NCBI RefSeq assembly: GCF_009914755.1
Contig: NC_060933.1
From: the human T2T-CHM13v2.0 reference genome, Homo sapiens
DNA: 64,000 nucleotides
Reading direction: 5' to 3' (one strand)
Positions 28,601 through 41,650 of this stretch are shown piece after piece (the stretch's first letter is position 1; the number at the start of each line of letters is the position of its first letter). The position numbers were made by a program, and so were the translations under genes. The notes beneath the pieces were generated by a model that was not told the origin of the DNA, ran no database searches, and saw nothing but the letters and a program-made list of their open reading frames with translations.

Positions 28601-31600
28601 ATTCCATTCCATTCCATTCCATTCCATTCCATTCCATTCCATTCCATTGCACTAGGTTTGATTCCATTCCACTGCATTCCATTCCATTCCATTCCATTCC
28701 ATTCCGTTCCATTCCATTCCATTATATTCGGATTGATTCTTTTTAATTCCCTTAGACTCCATTTCATTCCATTCCATTCGGGTACTTTCCATTCCATTCC
28801 ATTCCATTCCACTGCATTCTATTGCACTCGGGTTGATTGATTCCATTCCATTGCATTGCATTCCATTCCATTCCATTCCGGATGATTCCATTCCATTGCA
28901 TTCCATTCCATTCCATTCCATTCCCCTGCACTAGGGTTGATTCCATTCCATTCCGTTCCTTTCCATTCCGTTCCATTCCATTCCAATCCGTTCTGTTCAG
29001 GTTAATTCCATTCCATTCCTTTCCCTTCCATTGCATTCCATTCCATTCCATTGCAATCGAGTTGATTCCATTGCATTCCATTCCATTCCATTCCATTGCA
29101 TTCCATTCCATTCCAATCCCCAGCACTCACGTTGATTCCATTCCATTCCGATCCATTCCATTCCATTCTATTCGTGTTAATTCCATTCCATTCCATTCCA
29201 TTACCTTCTATTGCAATCGAGTTGATTCCATTCCATTCCGTTCCATTCCATTCCATTCCATTCAAGTCCTTTCCATTCCATTCCACTCGTGTTGATTCCA
29301 TTTTATTAGTTTCCATTCCATTCCATTCCCTTCCATTCCACTCTGGTTGATTCCATTCCTTTCCATTCCACTCGAATTCATTCCCTTCTATTCCACTCGG
29401 AATGAATCCGTTCCATTCCGTTCCATTTCATTCCATTCCATTCCATTTCGTTTCTTTGCATTCTATTCCGTACCATTCCATTCCATTCCATTCCATGCCA
29501 TTCCACTCGGGTTGATTCCATTGCTTTCCATTCCATTTGGGTTGAATCCATTCCATTCCATTCCATTCCATTCCATTCCATTCCATTCCATTCCGGATGA
29601 TTCCATTCCATTGCATTCCATTCCATTCCATTCCATTCCCCTGCACCCGGGTTGATTCCATTCCATTCCGTTCCATTCCATTCCATTCCATTCCATTTCG
29701 TTCCATTCCATTCTATTCCATACCATTCCATTCCATTCCATTACATTCCACTCCATTCCATGCCATTCCACTCGGGTTTATTCCATTCCTTTCCATTCCA
29801 TTCGGGTTGAATCCATTCCATTCCATTCCATTCCATTCCATTCCATTCCATGCCATTCCACTCGGGTTGATTCCATTCCTTTCGATTCCATTCGAGTTGA
29901 ACCCATTCCATTCCATTCCATTCCATTCCATTCCATTCCATTCCAATCCATTGCACACGGGTTCATTCCATTCCATTCCATTCCATTCCATTCCATTCCA
30001 TTCCATTTCGTTCCATTCCATTCTATTCCGTACCATTCCATTCCATTCCATTCCATTCCATTCCATTCCATTCCATTCCATTCCATTCCATGCCATGCCA
30101 TTCCACTCGGGTTCATTCTATTCCTTTCCATTCCATTCGGGTTGAATCCATTCCTTTCCATTCCATTCCGTTCAATTCCATTCCATTGCACTCGTGTTGA
30201 CTCCATTCCATTCCATGCCATTCCATTTCATTCCGTTCCATTCCATTCCATTACATTCGGATTGATTCTTTTCAATTCCCTTACACTCCATTACATTCCA
30301 TTCCATTCGGGTTGTTTCCATTCCATTCCGTTCCATTACACTCCATTGCATTGCACTCGGGATGATTGAATCCATTCCATTGCATTCCATTCCATTCCCT
30401 TCCATTCCGGATGATTCCATTCCATTGCATTTAATTCCACTCCATTCCCCTGCACTCGGGTCCATTCCATTCCATTCCATTCCATTCCATTCCATTCCGT
30501 TCCATTCCATTCCATTCCATTCCATTCCATTCCATGCTGTTCTGGTTAATTGCATTCCATTCCATTCCATTCCATTCCATTCCATTCCATTCCATTGCAA
30601 TCGAGTTGATTCCATTGCATTCCATTCCATTCCATTCCATTGCATTCCATTGCATTCCATTCCCCTGCACTCAGGTTGATTCCATTCCATTCCATTCCAT
30701 TCCATTCCATTCCATTCCATTGCATTCCATTCCATTCTATTCGCGTTAATTCCATTCCATTCCATTCCATTACATTCCATTGCAATCGAGTTGATTCCAT
30801 TCCATTCCATTCCATTCCATTCCATTCCATTCAAGTCGTTTCCATTCCATTCCACTCGTGTTGATTCCATTTTATTAGTTTCCATTCCATTCCATTCCCT
30901 TCCATTCCACTCTGGTAGATTCCATTCCTTTCCATTCCACTCGAATTCATTCCCTTCTATTCCACTCGGAATGATTCCTTTCCATTCCGTTCCATTTCAT
31001 TCCATTCCATTCCAGTTCGTTCCATTGCATTCTATTCTGTACCATTCCATTCCATTCCATTCCATGCCATTCCACTCGGGTTGATTCCATTGCTTTCCAT
31101 TCCATTTGGGTTGAATCCATTCCATTCCATTCCATTCCATTCCATTCCATTGCACTAGGTTTGATTCCATTCCACTGCATTCCATTCCATTCCATTCCAT
31201 TGCATTCCATTCCGTTCCATTCCATTCCACTATATTCGGATTGATTCTTTTTAATTCCCTTAGACTCCATTTCATTCCATTCCATTCGGGTACTTTCCAT
31301 TCCATTCCATTCCATTCCACTGCATTCTATTGCACTCGGGTTGATTGATTCCATTCCATTGCATTCCATTCCATTCCATTCCATTCCGGATGATTCCATT
31401 CCATTCCATTCCATTCCACTGCATTCTATTGAACTCGGGTTGATTGATTCCATTCCATTGCATTCCATTCCATTCCATTCCATTCCGGATGATTCCAATC
31501 CATTCCATTCCATTCCATTTCGTTCCATTGCATTATATTCCGTACCATTCCATTACATTCCATTCCATTCCATTCCATTTCATGCCTTTCCACTCGGGTT

Positions 31601-34600
31601 GATTCCATTGCTTTCCATTATATTTGGGTTGAATCCATTCAATACCATTCCATTCCAACCATTCCATTCCATTCCATTCCATTCCATTCCATTCCATTCC
31701 ATTGCACTAGGTTTGATTCCATTCCACTGCATTCCATTCCATTCCATTCCATTCCATTCCATTCCATTCCATTCCGTTCCATTCCATTCCATTACATTCG
31801 GATTGATTGTATTCAATTCCCTTACACTCCATTTCATTCCATTCCATACGGGTTGTTTCCATTCCATTCCATTCCATTCCATTCCACTCCATTCCATTGC
31901 ACTCGGGTTGATTCCATTCCATTCCATTCCATTCTATTCCATTTCGTTCCATTCCATTCTATTCGGTACCATTCCATTCCATTCCATTCCATTCCATTCC
32001 ATGCCATTCCACTTAGGTTGATTCCCTTCCTTTCCATTCCATTCGGGTTGAATCCATTCCATTCCATTCCATTACATTCCATTCCAGTCCATTCCATTCC
32101 ATTGCAATCGAGTTGATTCCATTCCATTCCATTCAATTCCGGATAATTCCATTCCATTGCCTTCAATTCCATTCCATTCCCCTGCACTCGGGTTGATTCC
32201 ATTCCATTCCATTCCTTTCCATTCCATTCCTTTTCATTCCATTCCATTTCTTTTCATTCCATTCTATTCCGTACCATTCCATTCCATTCCATTCCATTCC
32301 ATTCCATTCCATTCCATGCCTTTCCATTCGGGTTAATTCCATTCCTTTCCATTCCATTCGAGTTGAATCCATTCCATTCCATTCCATTCCATTCCATTCC
32401 ATTGCACACGGGTTCATTCCACTCCATTCCATTCCATTCAATTCCATTCCATTCCATTCCATTTCGTTCCATTCCATTCTATTCCGTACCATTCCATTCC
32501 ATTCCATTCCATTCCACTCCATTCCATGCCATTCCACTCGGGTTTATTCCATTCCTTTCCATTCCATTCGGGTAAAATCCATTCCAATCCATTCCATTCC
32601 ATTCGATTCCATTACATTGCACTCCGGATGATTCCATTCCATTCCATTACATTACATTTCATTCCATTCCATTCCATTCCATTCCATTCCATTCCATTCC
32701 ATTCCATTCCATGCCATTCCACTCCTGTTGATTCCATTCCTTTCCATTCCATTCGAGTTGAACCCATTCCATTCCATTCCATTCCATTCCATTCCATTCC
32801 GTTCCATTCCATTGCACACGGGTTCATTACATTCCATTCCATTCCATTCCATTCCATTCCATTCCATTCCATTCCATTTCGCTCCATTCCTTTCTATTCC
32901 ATGCCATTCCACTCGGGTTGATTCCATTCCTTTCCATTCCATTCGAGTTGAATCAATTCCATTCCATTCCATTCCATTCGATTCCATTCCATTGCACACG
33001 GGTTCATTCCATTCCATTCCATTCCATTCCATTCCATTCCATTCCATTCCATTTCGTTCCATTCCATTCTATTCCATACCATTCCATTCCATTCCATTCC
33101 ATTCCACTCCATTCCCTGCCATTCCACTCGGGTTTATTCCATTCCTTTCCATTCCATTCGGGTTGAATCCATTCCTTTCCATTCCATTCCGTTCAATTCC
33201 ATTGCATTGCACTCGGGTTGATTCCATTCCATTCCATGCCATTCCATTTCATTCCGTTCCATTCCATTCCATTACATTCGGATTGAATCTTTTCAATTAC
33301 CTTACACTCCATTACATTACATTCCATTCGGGTAGTTTCCATTCCATTCCATTCCATTACACTCCATTGCATTGCACTTGGGTTGATTGATTCCATTCCA
33401 TTGCATTCCATTCCATTCCATTCCATTCCGGATGATTCCATTCCATTGCATTCCATTCCATTCCATTCCCCTGCACTCGGGTTGATTACATTCCATTCCA
33501 TTCCATTCCTTCCAATTCCATTCCATTCCATTCCATTCCATTCCATTCCATTCCATTGCAATCGAGTTGATTCCATTGCATTCCATTCCATTCCATTCCA
33601 TTGCATTCCATTGCATTCCATTCCCCTGCACTCAGGTTGATTCCGTTCCATTCCATTCCATTCCATTCCATTCCATTCCATGCCATGCCATTCCACTCGC
33701 GTTTATTCTATTCCTTTCCATTCCATTCGGGTTGAATCCATTCCTTTCCATTCCATTCCGTTCAATTCCATTCCATTGCACTCGTGTTGACTCCATTCAA
33801 TTCTATGCCATTCCATTTCATTCCGTTCCATCCCATTCCATTACATTCGGATTGATTCTTTTCAATTCCCTTACACTCCATTACATTCCATTCCATTCGG
33901 GTTGTTTCCATTCCATTCCATTCCATTACACTCCATTGCATTGCACTTGGGATGATTGAATCCATTCCATTGCATTCCATTCCATTCCCTTCCATTCCGG
34001 ATGGTTCCATTGCATTGCATTCCATTCCATTCCATTCCCCTGCACTCGGGTTGATTACATTCCATTCCATTCCATTCCATTCCGTTCCATTCCATTCCAT
34101 TCCATTCCATTCCCTGCTGTTCAGGTTAATTGCATTCCATTCCATTCCCTTCCATTCCATTCCATTCCATTCCATTCCATTGCAATCGAGTTGATTCCAT
34201 TGCATTCCATTCCATTCCATTCCATTGCATTCCATTGCATTCCATTCCCCTGCACTCAGGTTGATTCCATTCCATTCCATTCCATTCCATTCCATTCTAT
34301 TCCATTCTATTCGCGTTAATTCCATTCCATTCCATTCCATTACATTCCATTGCAATCGAGTTGATTCCATTCCATTCCATTCCATTCCATTCCATTCCAT
34401 TCAAGTCGTTTCCATTCCATTCCACTCGTGTTGATTCCATTTTATTAGTTTCCATTCCATTCCATTCCCTTCCATTCCACTCTGGTTGATTGCATTCCTT
34501 TCCATTCCACTCGAATTCATTCCCTTCTATTCCACTCGGAATGATTCCTTTCCATTCCGTTCCATTTCATTCCATTCCATTCCATTTCGTTCCATTGCAT

Positions 34601-37600
34601 TCTATTCCGTACCATTCCATTCCATTCCATTCCATGCCATTCCACTCGGGTTGATTCCATTGCTTTCCATTCCATTTGGGTTGAATCCATTCCATTCCAT
34701 TCCATTCCATTCCATTCCATTCCATTGCACTAGGTTTGATTCCATTCCACTGCATTCCATTCCATTCCATTCCATTCCATTCCGTTCCATTCCATTCCAT
34801 TATATTCGGATTGATTCTTTTTAATTCCCTTAGACTCCGTTTCATTCCATTCCATTCGGGTACTTTCCATTCCTTTCCATTCCATTCCACTGCATTCTAT
34901 TGCACTCGGGTTGATTGATTCCATTCCATTCCATTCCGGATGATTCCATTCCATTCCATTCCATTCCACTGCATTCTATTGCACTCGGGTTGATTGATTC
35001 CATTCCATTGCATTCCATTCCATTCCATTCCATTCCGGATGATTCCATTCCATTCCATTCCATTCCATTTCGTTCCATTCCATTCTATTCCGTACCATTC
35101 CATTCCATTCCATTCCATTCCATTCCACTGCATTCTATTGCACTCGGGTTGATTGATTCCATTCCATTGCATTCCATTCCATTCCATTCCATTCCGGATG
35201 ATTCCATTCCATTGCATTCCATTCCATTCCATTCCATTCCCCTGCACTAGGGTTGATTCCATTCCATTCCGTTCCTTTCCATTCCGTTCCATTCCATTCC
35301 AATCCGTTCTGTTCAGGTTAATTCCATTCCATTCCTTTCCCTTCCATTCCATTCCATTCCATTCCATTGCAATCGAGTTGATTCCATTGCATTCCATTCC
35401 ATTCCATTCCATTGCATTCCATTCCATTCCAATCCCCAGCACTCAGGTTGATTCCATTCCATTCCGATCCATTCCATTCCATTCTATTCGTGTTAATTCC
35501 ATTCCATTCCATTCCATTACCTTCTATTGCAATCGAGTTGATTCCATTCCATTCCGTTCCATTCCATTCCATTCCATTCAAGTCCTTTCCATTCCATTCC
35601 ACTCGTGTTGATTCCATTTTATTAGTTTCCATTCCATTCCATTCCCTTCCATTCCACTCTGGTTGATTCCATTCCTTTCCATTCCACTCGAATTCATTCC
35701 CTTCTATTCCACTCGGAATGAATCCGTTCCATTCCGTTCCATTTCATTCCATTCCATTCCATTTCGTTTCTTTGCATTCTATTCCGTACCATTCCATTCC
35801 ATTCCATTCCATGCCATTCCACTCGGGTTGATTCCATTGCTTTCCATTCCATTTGGGTTGAATCCATTCCATTCCATTCCATTCCATTCCATTCCATTCC
35901 ATTCCATTCCGGATGATTCCATTCCATTGCATTCCATTCCATTCCATTCCATTCCCCTGCACCCGGGTTGATTCCATTCCATTCCGTTCAATTCCATTTC
36001 ATTCCATTCCATTTCGTTCCATTCCATTCTATTCCATACCATTCCATTCCATTCCATTCCATTCCACTCCATTCCATGCCATTCCACTCGGGTTTATTCC
36101 ATTCCTTTCCATTCCATTCGGGTTGAATCCATTCCATTCCATTCCATTCCATTCCATTCCATTCCATTCCATTCCATGCCATTCCACTCGGGTTGATTCC
36201 ATTCCTTTCGATTACATTCGAGTTGAACCCATTCCATTCCATTCCATTCCATTCCATTCCATTCCAATCCATTGCACACGGGTTCATTCCATTCCATTCC
36301 ATTCCATTCCATTCCATTGCACTAGGTTTGATTCCATTCCACTGCATTCCATTCCATTCCATTCCATTCCATTCCGTTCCATTCCATTCCATTATATTCG
36401 GATTGATTCTTTTTAATTCCCTTAGACTCCATTTCATTCCATTCCATTCGGGTACTTTCCATTCCATTCCATTCCATTCCATTCCATTCCATTCCATTCC
36501 GGATGATTCCATTCCATTGCATTCCATTCCATTCCATTCCATTCCCCTGCACCCGGGTTGATTCCATTCCATTCCGTTCCATTCCATTCCATTCCATTCC
36601 ATTTCGTTCCATTCCATTCTATTCCATACCATTCCATTCCATTCCATTCCATTCCACTCCATTCCATGCCATTCCACTGGGGTTTATTCCATTCCTTTCC
36701 ATTCCATTCGGGTTGAATCCATTCCATTCCATTCCATTCCATTCCATTCCATTCCATTCCATTCCATGCCATTCCACTCGGGTTGATTCCATTCCTTTCG
36801 ATTCCATTCGAGTTGAACCCATTGCATTCCATTCCATTCCATTCCATTCCATTCCAATCTATTGCACACGGGTTCATTCCATTCCATTCCATTCCATTCC
36901 ATTTCGTTCCATTCCATTCTATTCCGTACCATTCCATTCCATTCCATTCCATTCCATTCCATTCCATGCCATGCCATTCCACTCGGGTTCATTCTATTCC
37001 TTTCCATTCCATTCGGGTTGAATCCATTCCTTTCCATTCCATTCCGTTCAATCCCATTCCATTGCACTCGTGTTGACTCCATTCCATTCCATGCCATTCC
37101 ATTTCATTCCGTTCCATTCCATTCCATTACATTCGGATTGATTCTTTTCAATTCCCTTACACTCCATTACATTCCATTCCATTCGGGTTGTTTCCATTCC
37201 ATTCCATTCCATTACACTCCATTGCATTGCACTCGGAATGATTGAATCCATTCCATTGCATTCCATTCCATTCCCTTCCATTCCGGATGATTCCATTCCA
37301 TTGCATTCCATTCCATTCCCCTGCACTCGGGTTGATTCCATTCCATTCCATTCCATTCCATTCCGTTCCATTCCATTCCATTCCATTCCATTCCATTCCA
37401 TGCTGTTCAGGTTAATTGCATTCCATTCCATTCCCTTCCATTCCATTCCATTCCATTCCATTCCATTGCAATCGAGTTGATTCCAATGCATTCCATTCCA
37501 TTCAATTCCATAGCTTTCCATTGCATTCCATTCCCCTGCACTCAGGTTGATTCCATTCCATTCCATTCCATTCCATTCCATTCCATTCCATTCTATTCGC

Positions 37601-40600
37601 GTTAATTCCATTCCATTCCATTCCATTACATTCCATTGCAATCGAGTTGATTCCATTCCATTCCATTCCATTCCATTCCATTCCATTCAAGTCGTTTCCA
37701 TTCCATTCCACTCGTGTTGATTCCATTTTATTAGTTTCCATTCCATTCCATTCCCTTCCATTCCACTCTGGTTGATTCCATTCCTTTCCATTCCACTCGA
37801 ATTCATTCCCTTCTATTCCACTCGGAATGATTCCTTTCCATTCCGTTCCATTTCATTCCATTCCATTCCATTTCGTTCCATTGCATTCTATTCCGTACCA
37901 TTCCATTCCATTCCATTCCATGCCATTCCACTCGGGTTGATTCCATTGCTTTCCATTCCATTTGGGTTGAATCCATTCCAATCCATTCCATTCCATTCCA
38001 TTCCATTCCATTCCATTGCACTAGGTTTGATTCCATTCCACTGCATTCCATTCCATTCCATTCCATTCCATTCCGTTCCATTCCATTCCATTATATTCGG
38101 ATTGATTCTTTTTAATTCCCTTAGACTCCATTTCATTCCATTCCATTCGGGTACTTTCCATTCCATTCCATTCCATTCCACTGCATTCTACTGCACTCGG
38201 GTTGATTGATTCCATTCCATTGCATTCCATTCCATTCCATTCCATTCTGGATGATTCCATTCCATTGCATTCCATTCCATTCCATTCCATTCCCCTGCAC
38301 TAGGGTTGATTCCATTCCATTCCGTTCCTTTCCATTCCATTCCATTCCATTCCAATCCGTTCTGTTCAGGTTAATTCCATTCCATTCCTTTCCCTTCCAT
38401 TCCATTCCATTCCATTCCATTGCAATCGAGTTGATTCCATTGCATTCCATTCCATTCCATTCCATTGCATTCCATTCCATTCCAATCCCCAGCACTCAGG
38501 TTGATTCCATTCCATTCCGATCCATTCCATTCCATTCTATTCGTGTTAATTCCATTCCATTCCATTCCATTACCTTCTATTGCAATCGAGTTGATTCCAT
38601 TCCATTCCGTTCCATTCCATTCCATTCCATTCAAGTCCTTTCCATTCCATTCCACTCGTGTTGATTCCATTTTATTAGTTTCCATTCCATTCCATTCCCT
38701 TCCATTCCACTCTGGTTGATTCCATTCCTTTCCATTCCACTCGAATTCATTCCCTTCTATTCCACTCGGAATGAATCCGTTCCATTCCGTTCCATTTCAT
38801 TCCATTCCATTCCATTTCGTTTCTTTGCATTCTATTCCGTACCATTCCATTCCATTCCATGCCATGCCATTCCACTCGGGTTGATTCCATTGCTTTCCAT
38901 TCCATTTGGGTTGAATCCATTCCATTCCATTCCATTCCATTCCATTCCATTCCGGATGATTCCATTCCATTGCATTCCATTCCATTCCATTCCATTCCCC
39001 TGCACCCGGGTTGATTCCATTCCATTCCGTTCCATTCCATTCCATTCCATTCCATTTCGTTCCATTCCATTCTATTCCATACCATTCCATTCCATTCCAT
39101 TCCATTCCACTCCATTCCATGCCATTCCACTCGGGTTTATTCCATTCCTTTCCATTCCATTCGGGTTGAATCCATTCCATTCCATTCCATTCCATTCCAT
39201 TCCATTCCATTCCATTCCATTCCATGCCATTCCACTCGGGTTGATTCCATTCCTTTCGATTCCATTCGAGTTGAACCCATTCCATTCCATTCCATTCCAT
39301 TCCATTCCATTCCAATCCATTGCACACGGGTTCATTCCATTCCATTCCATTCCATTCCATTCCATTTCGTTCCATTCCATTCTATTCCGTACCATTCCAT
39401 TCCATTCCATTCCATTCCATTCCATGCCATGCCATTCCACTCGGGTTCATTCTATTCCTTTCCATTCCATTCGGGTTGAATCCATTCCTTTCCATTCCAT
39501 TCCGTTCAATTCCATTCCATTGCACTCGTGTTGACTCCATTCCATTCCATGCCATTCCATTTCATTCCGTTCCATTCCATTCCATTACTTTCGGATTGAT
39601 TCTTTTCAATTCCCTTACACTCCATTACATTCCATTCCATTCGGGTTGTTTCCATTCCATTCCATTCCATTACACTACATTGCATTGCACTCTGGATGAT
39701 TGAATCCATTCCATTGCATTCCATTCCATTCCCTTCCATTCCGGATGATTCCATTCCATTGCATTCCATTCCATTCCATTCCCCTGCACTCGGGTCCATT
39801 CCATTCCATTCCATTCCATTCCATTCCGTTCCATTCCATTCCATTCCATTCCATTCCATGCTGTTCAGGTTAATTGCATTCCATTCCATTCCCTTCCATT
39901 CCATTCCATTTCATTCCATTCCATTCCATTGCAATCGAGTTGATTCCATTGCATTCCATTCCATTCCATTCCATTGCATTCCATTGCATTCCATTCCACT
40001 GCACTCAGGTTGATTCCATTCCATTCCATTCCATTCCATTCCATTCCATTCCATTCCATTCTATTCGCGTTAATTCCATTCCATTCCATTCCATTACATT
40101 CCATTGCATTCGAGTTGATTCCATTCCATTCCATTCCATTCCATTCCATTCCATTCAAGTCGTTTCCATTCCATTCCACTCGTGTTGATTCCATTTTATT
40201 AGTTTCCATTCCATTCCATTCCCTTCCATTCCACTCTGGTTGATTCCATTCCTTTCCATTCCACTCGAATTCATTCCCTTCTATTCCACTCGGAATGATT
40301 CCTTTCCATTCCGTTCCATTTCATTCCATTCCATTCCATTTCGTTCCATTGCATTCTATTCCGTACCATTCCATTCCATTCCATTCCATGCCATTCCACT
40401 CGGGTTGATTCCATTGCTTTCCATTCCATTTGGGTTGAATCCATTCCATTCCATTCCATTCCATTCCATTCCATTCCATTCCATTCCATTGCACTAGGTT
40501 TGATTCCATTCCACTTCATTCCATTCCATTCCATTCCATTCCATTCCATTCCATTCCGTTCCATTCCATTCCATTATATTCGGATTGATTCTTTTTAATT

Positions 40601-41650
40601 CCCTTAGACTCCATTTCATTCCATTCCATTCGGGTACTTTCCATTCCATTCCATTCCACTGCATTCTATTGCACTCGGGTTGATTGATTCCATTCCATTG
40701 CATTCCATTCCATTCCATTCCATTCCATTCCGGATGATTCCATTCCATTCCATTCCATTCCACTGCATTCTATTGCACTCGGGTTGATTGATTCCATTCC
40801 ATTGCATTCCATTCCATTCCATTCCATTCCGGATGATTCCATTCCATTCCATTCCATTCCATTTCGTTCCATTCCATTCTATTCCGTACCATTCCATTAC
40901 ATTCCATTCCATTCCATTCCATTTCATGCCATTCCACTCGGGTTGATTCCATTGCTTTCCATTATATTTGGGTTGAATCCATTCAATTCCATTCCATTCC
41001 AATCCATTCCATTCCATTCCATTCCATTCCATTCCATTCCATTGCACTAGGTTTGATTCCATTCCACTGCATTCCATTCCATTCCATTCCATTCCATTCC
41101 ATTCCATTCCATTCCATTCCATTCCGTTCCATTCCATTCCATTACATTCGGATTGATTGTATTCAATTCCCTTGCACTCCATTTCATTCCATTCCATACG
41201 GGTTGTTTCCATTCCATTCCATTCCATTCCATTCCACTCCATTCCATTGCACTCGGGTTGATTCCATTCCATTCCATTCCATTCTATTCCATTTCGTTCC
41301 ATTCCATTCTATTCCGTACCATTCCATTCCATTCTATTCCATTCAATTCCATTCCATTCCATGCCATTCCACTCGGGTTGATTCCATTCCTTTCCATTCC
41401 ATTCGGGTTGAATCCATTCCATTCCATTCCATTCCTTTCCATTCCATTGCACACGGGTTGATTCCATTCCATTGCATTCCGTTCCATTCCGGAGACTCCA
41501 TTCCATTGCATTCCATTCCATTCCATTCCCCTGCAGTCGGGTTCATTCCATGCCATTCCATTCCATTCCATTCCATTCCATTCCATTCCATTCCATTCCA
41601 CTCCATTCCATTCCATTCCACTCCATTCCATTCTATTCGGGTTAATTCCA
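25600..41650 (+). repeat. Block C: mosaic of ~1.5 kb and ~0.95 kb sub-units with 6.1-6.3 kb and ~9.35 kb internal duplications
   Basis: The marker CGTGTTGATTC(C/T)ATTTTATTAGTTTCC occurs at 25281, 26795, 28339, 29288, 30857, 34427, 35604, 37713, 38657 and 40181. Spacings are 1514, 1544, 949, 1569, 3570, 1177, 2109, 944 and 1524. Confidence 0.82.
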
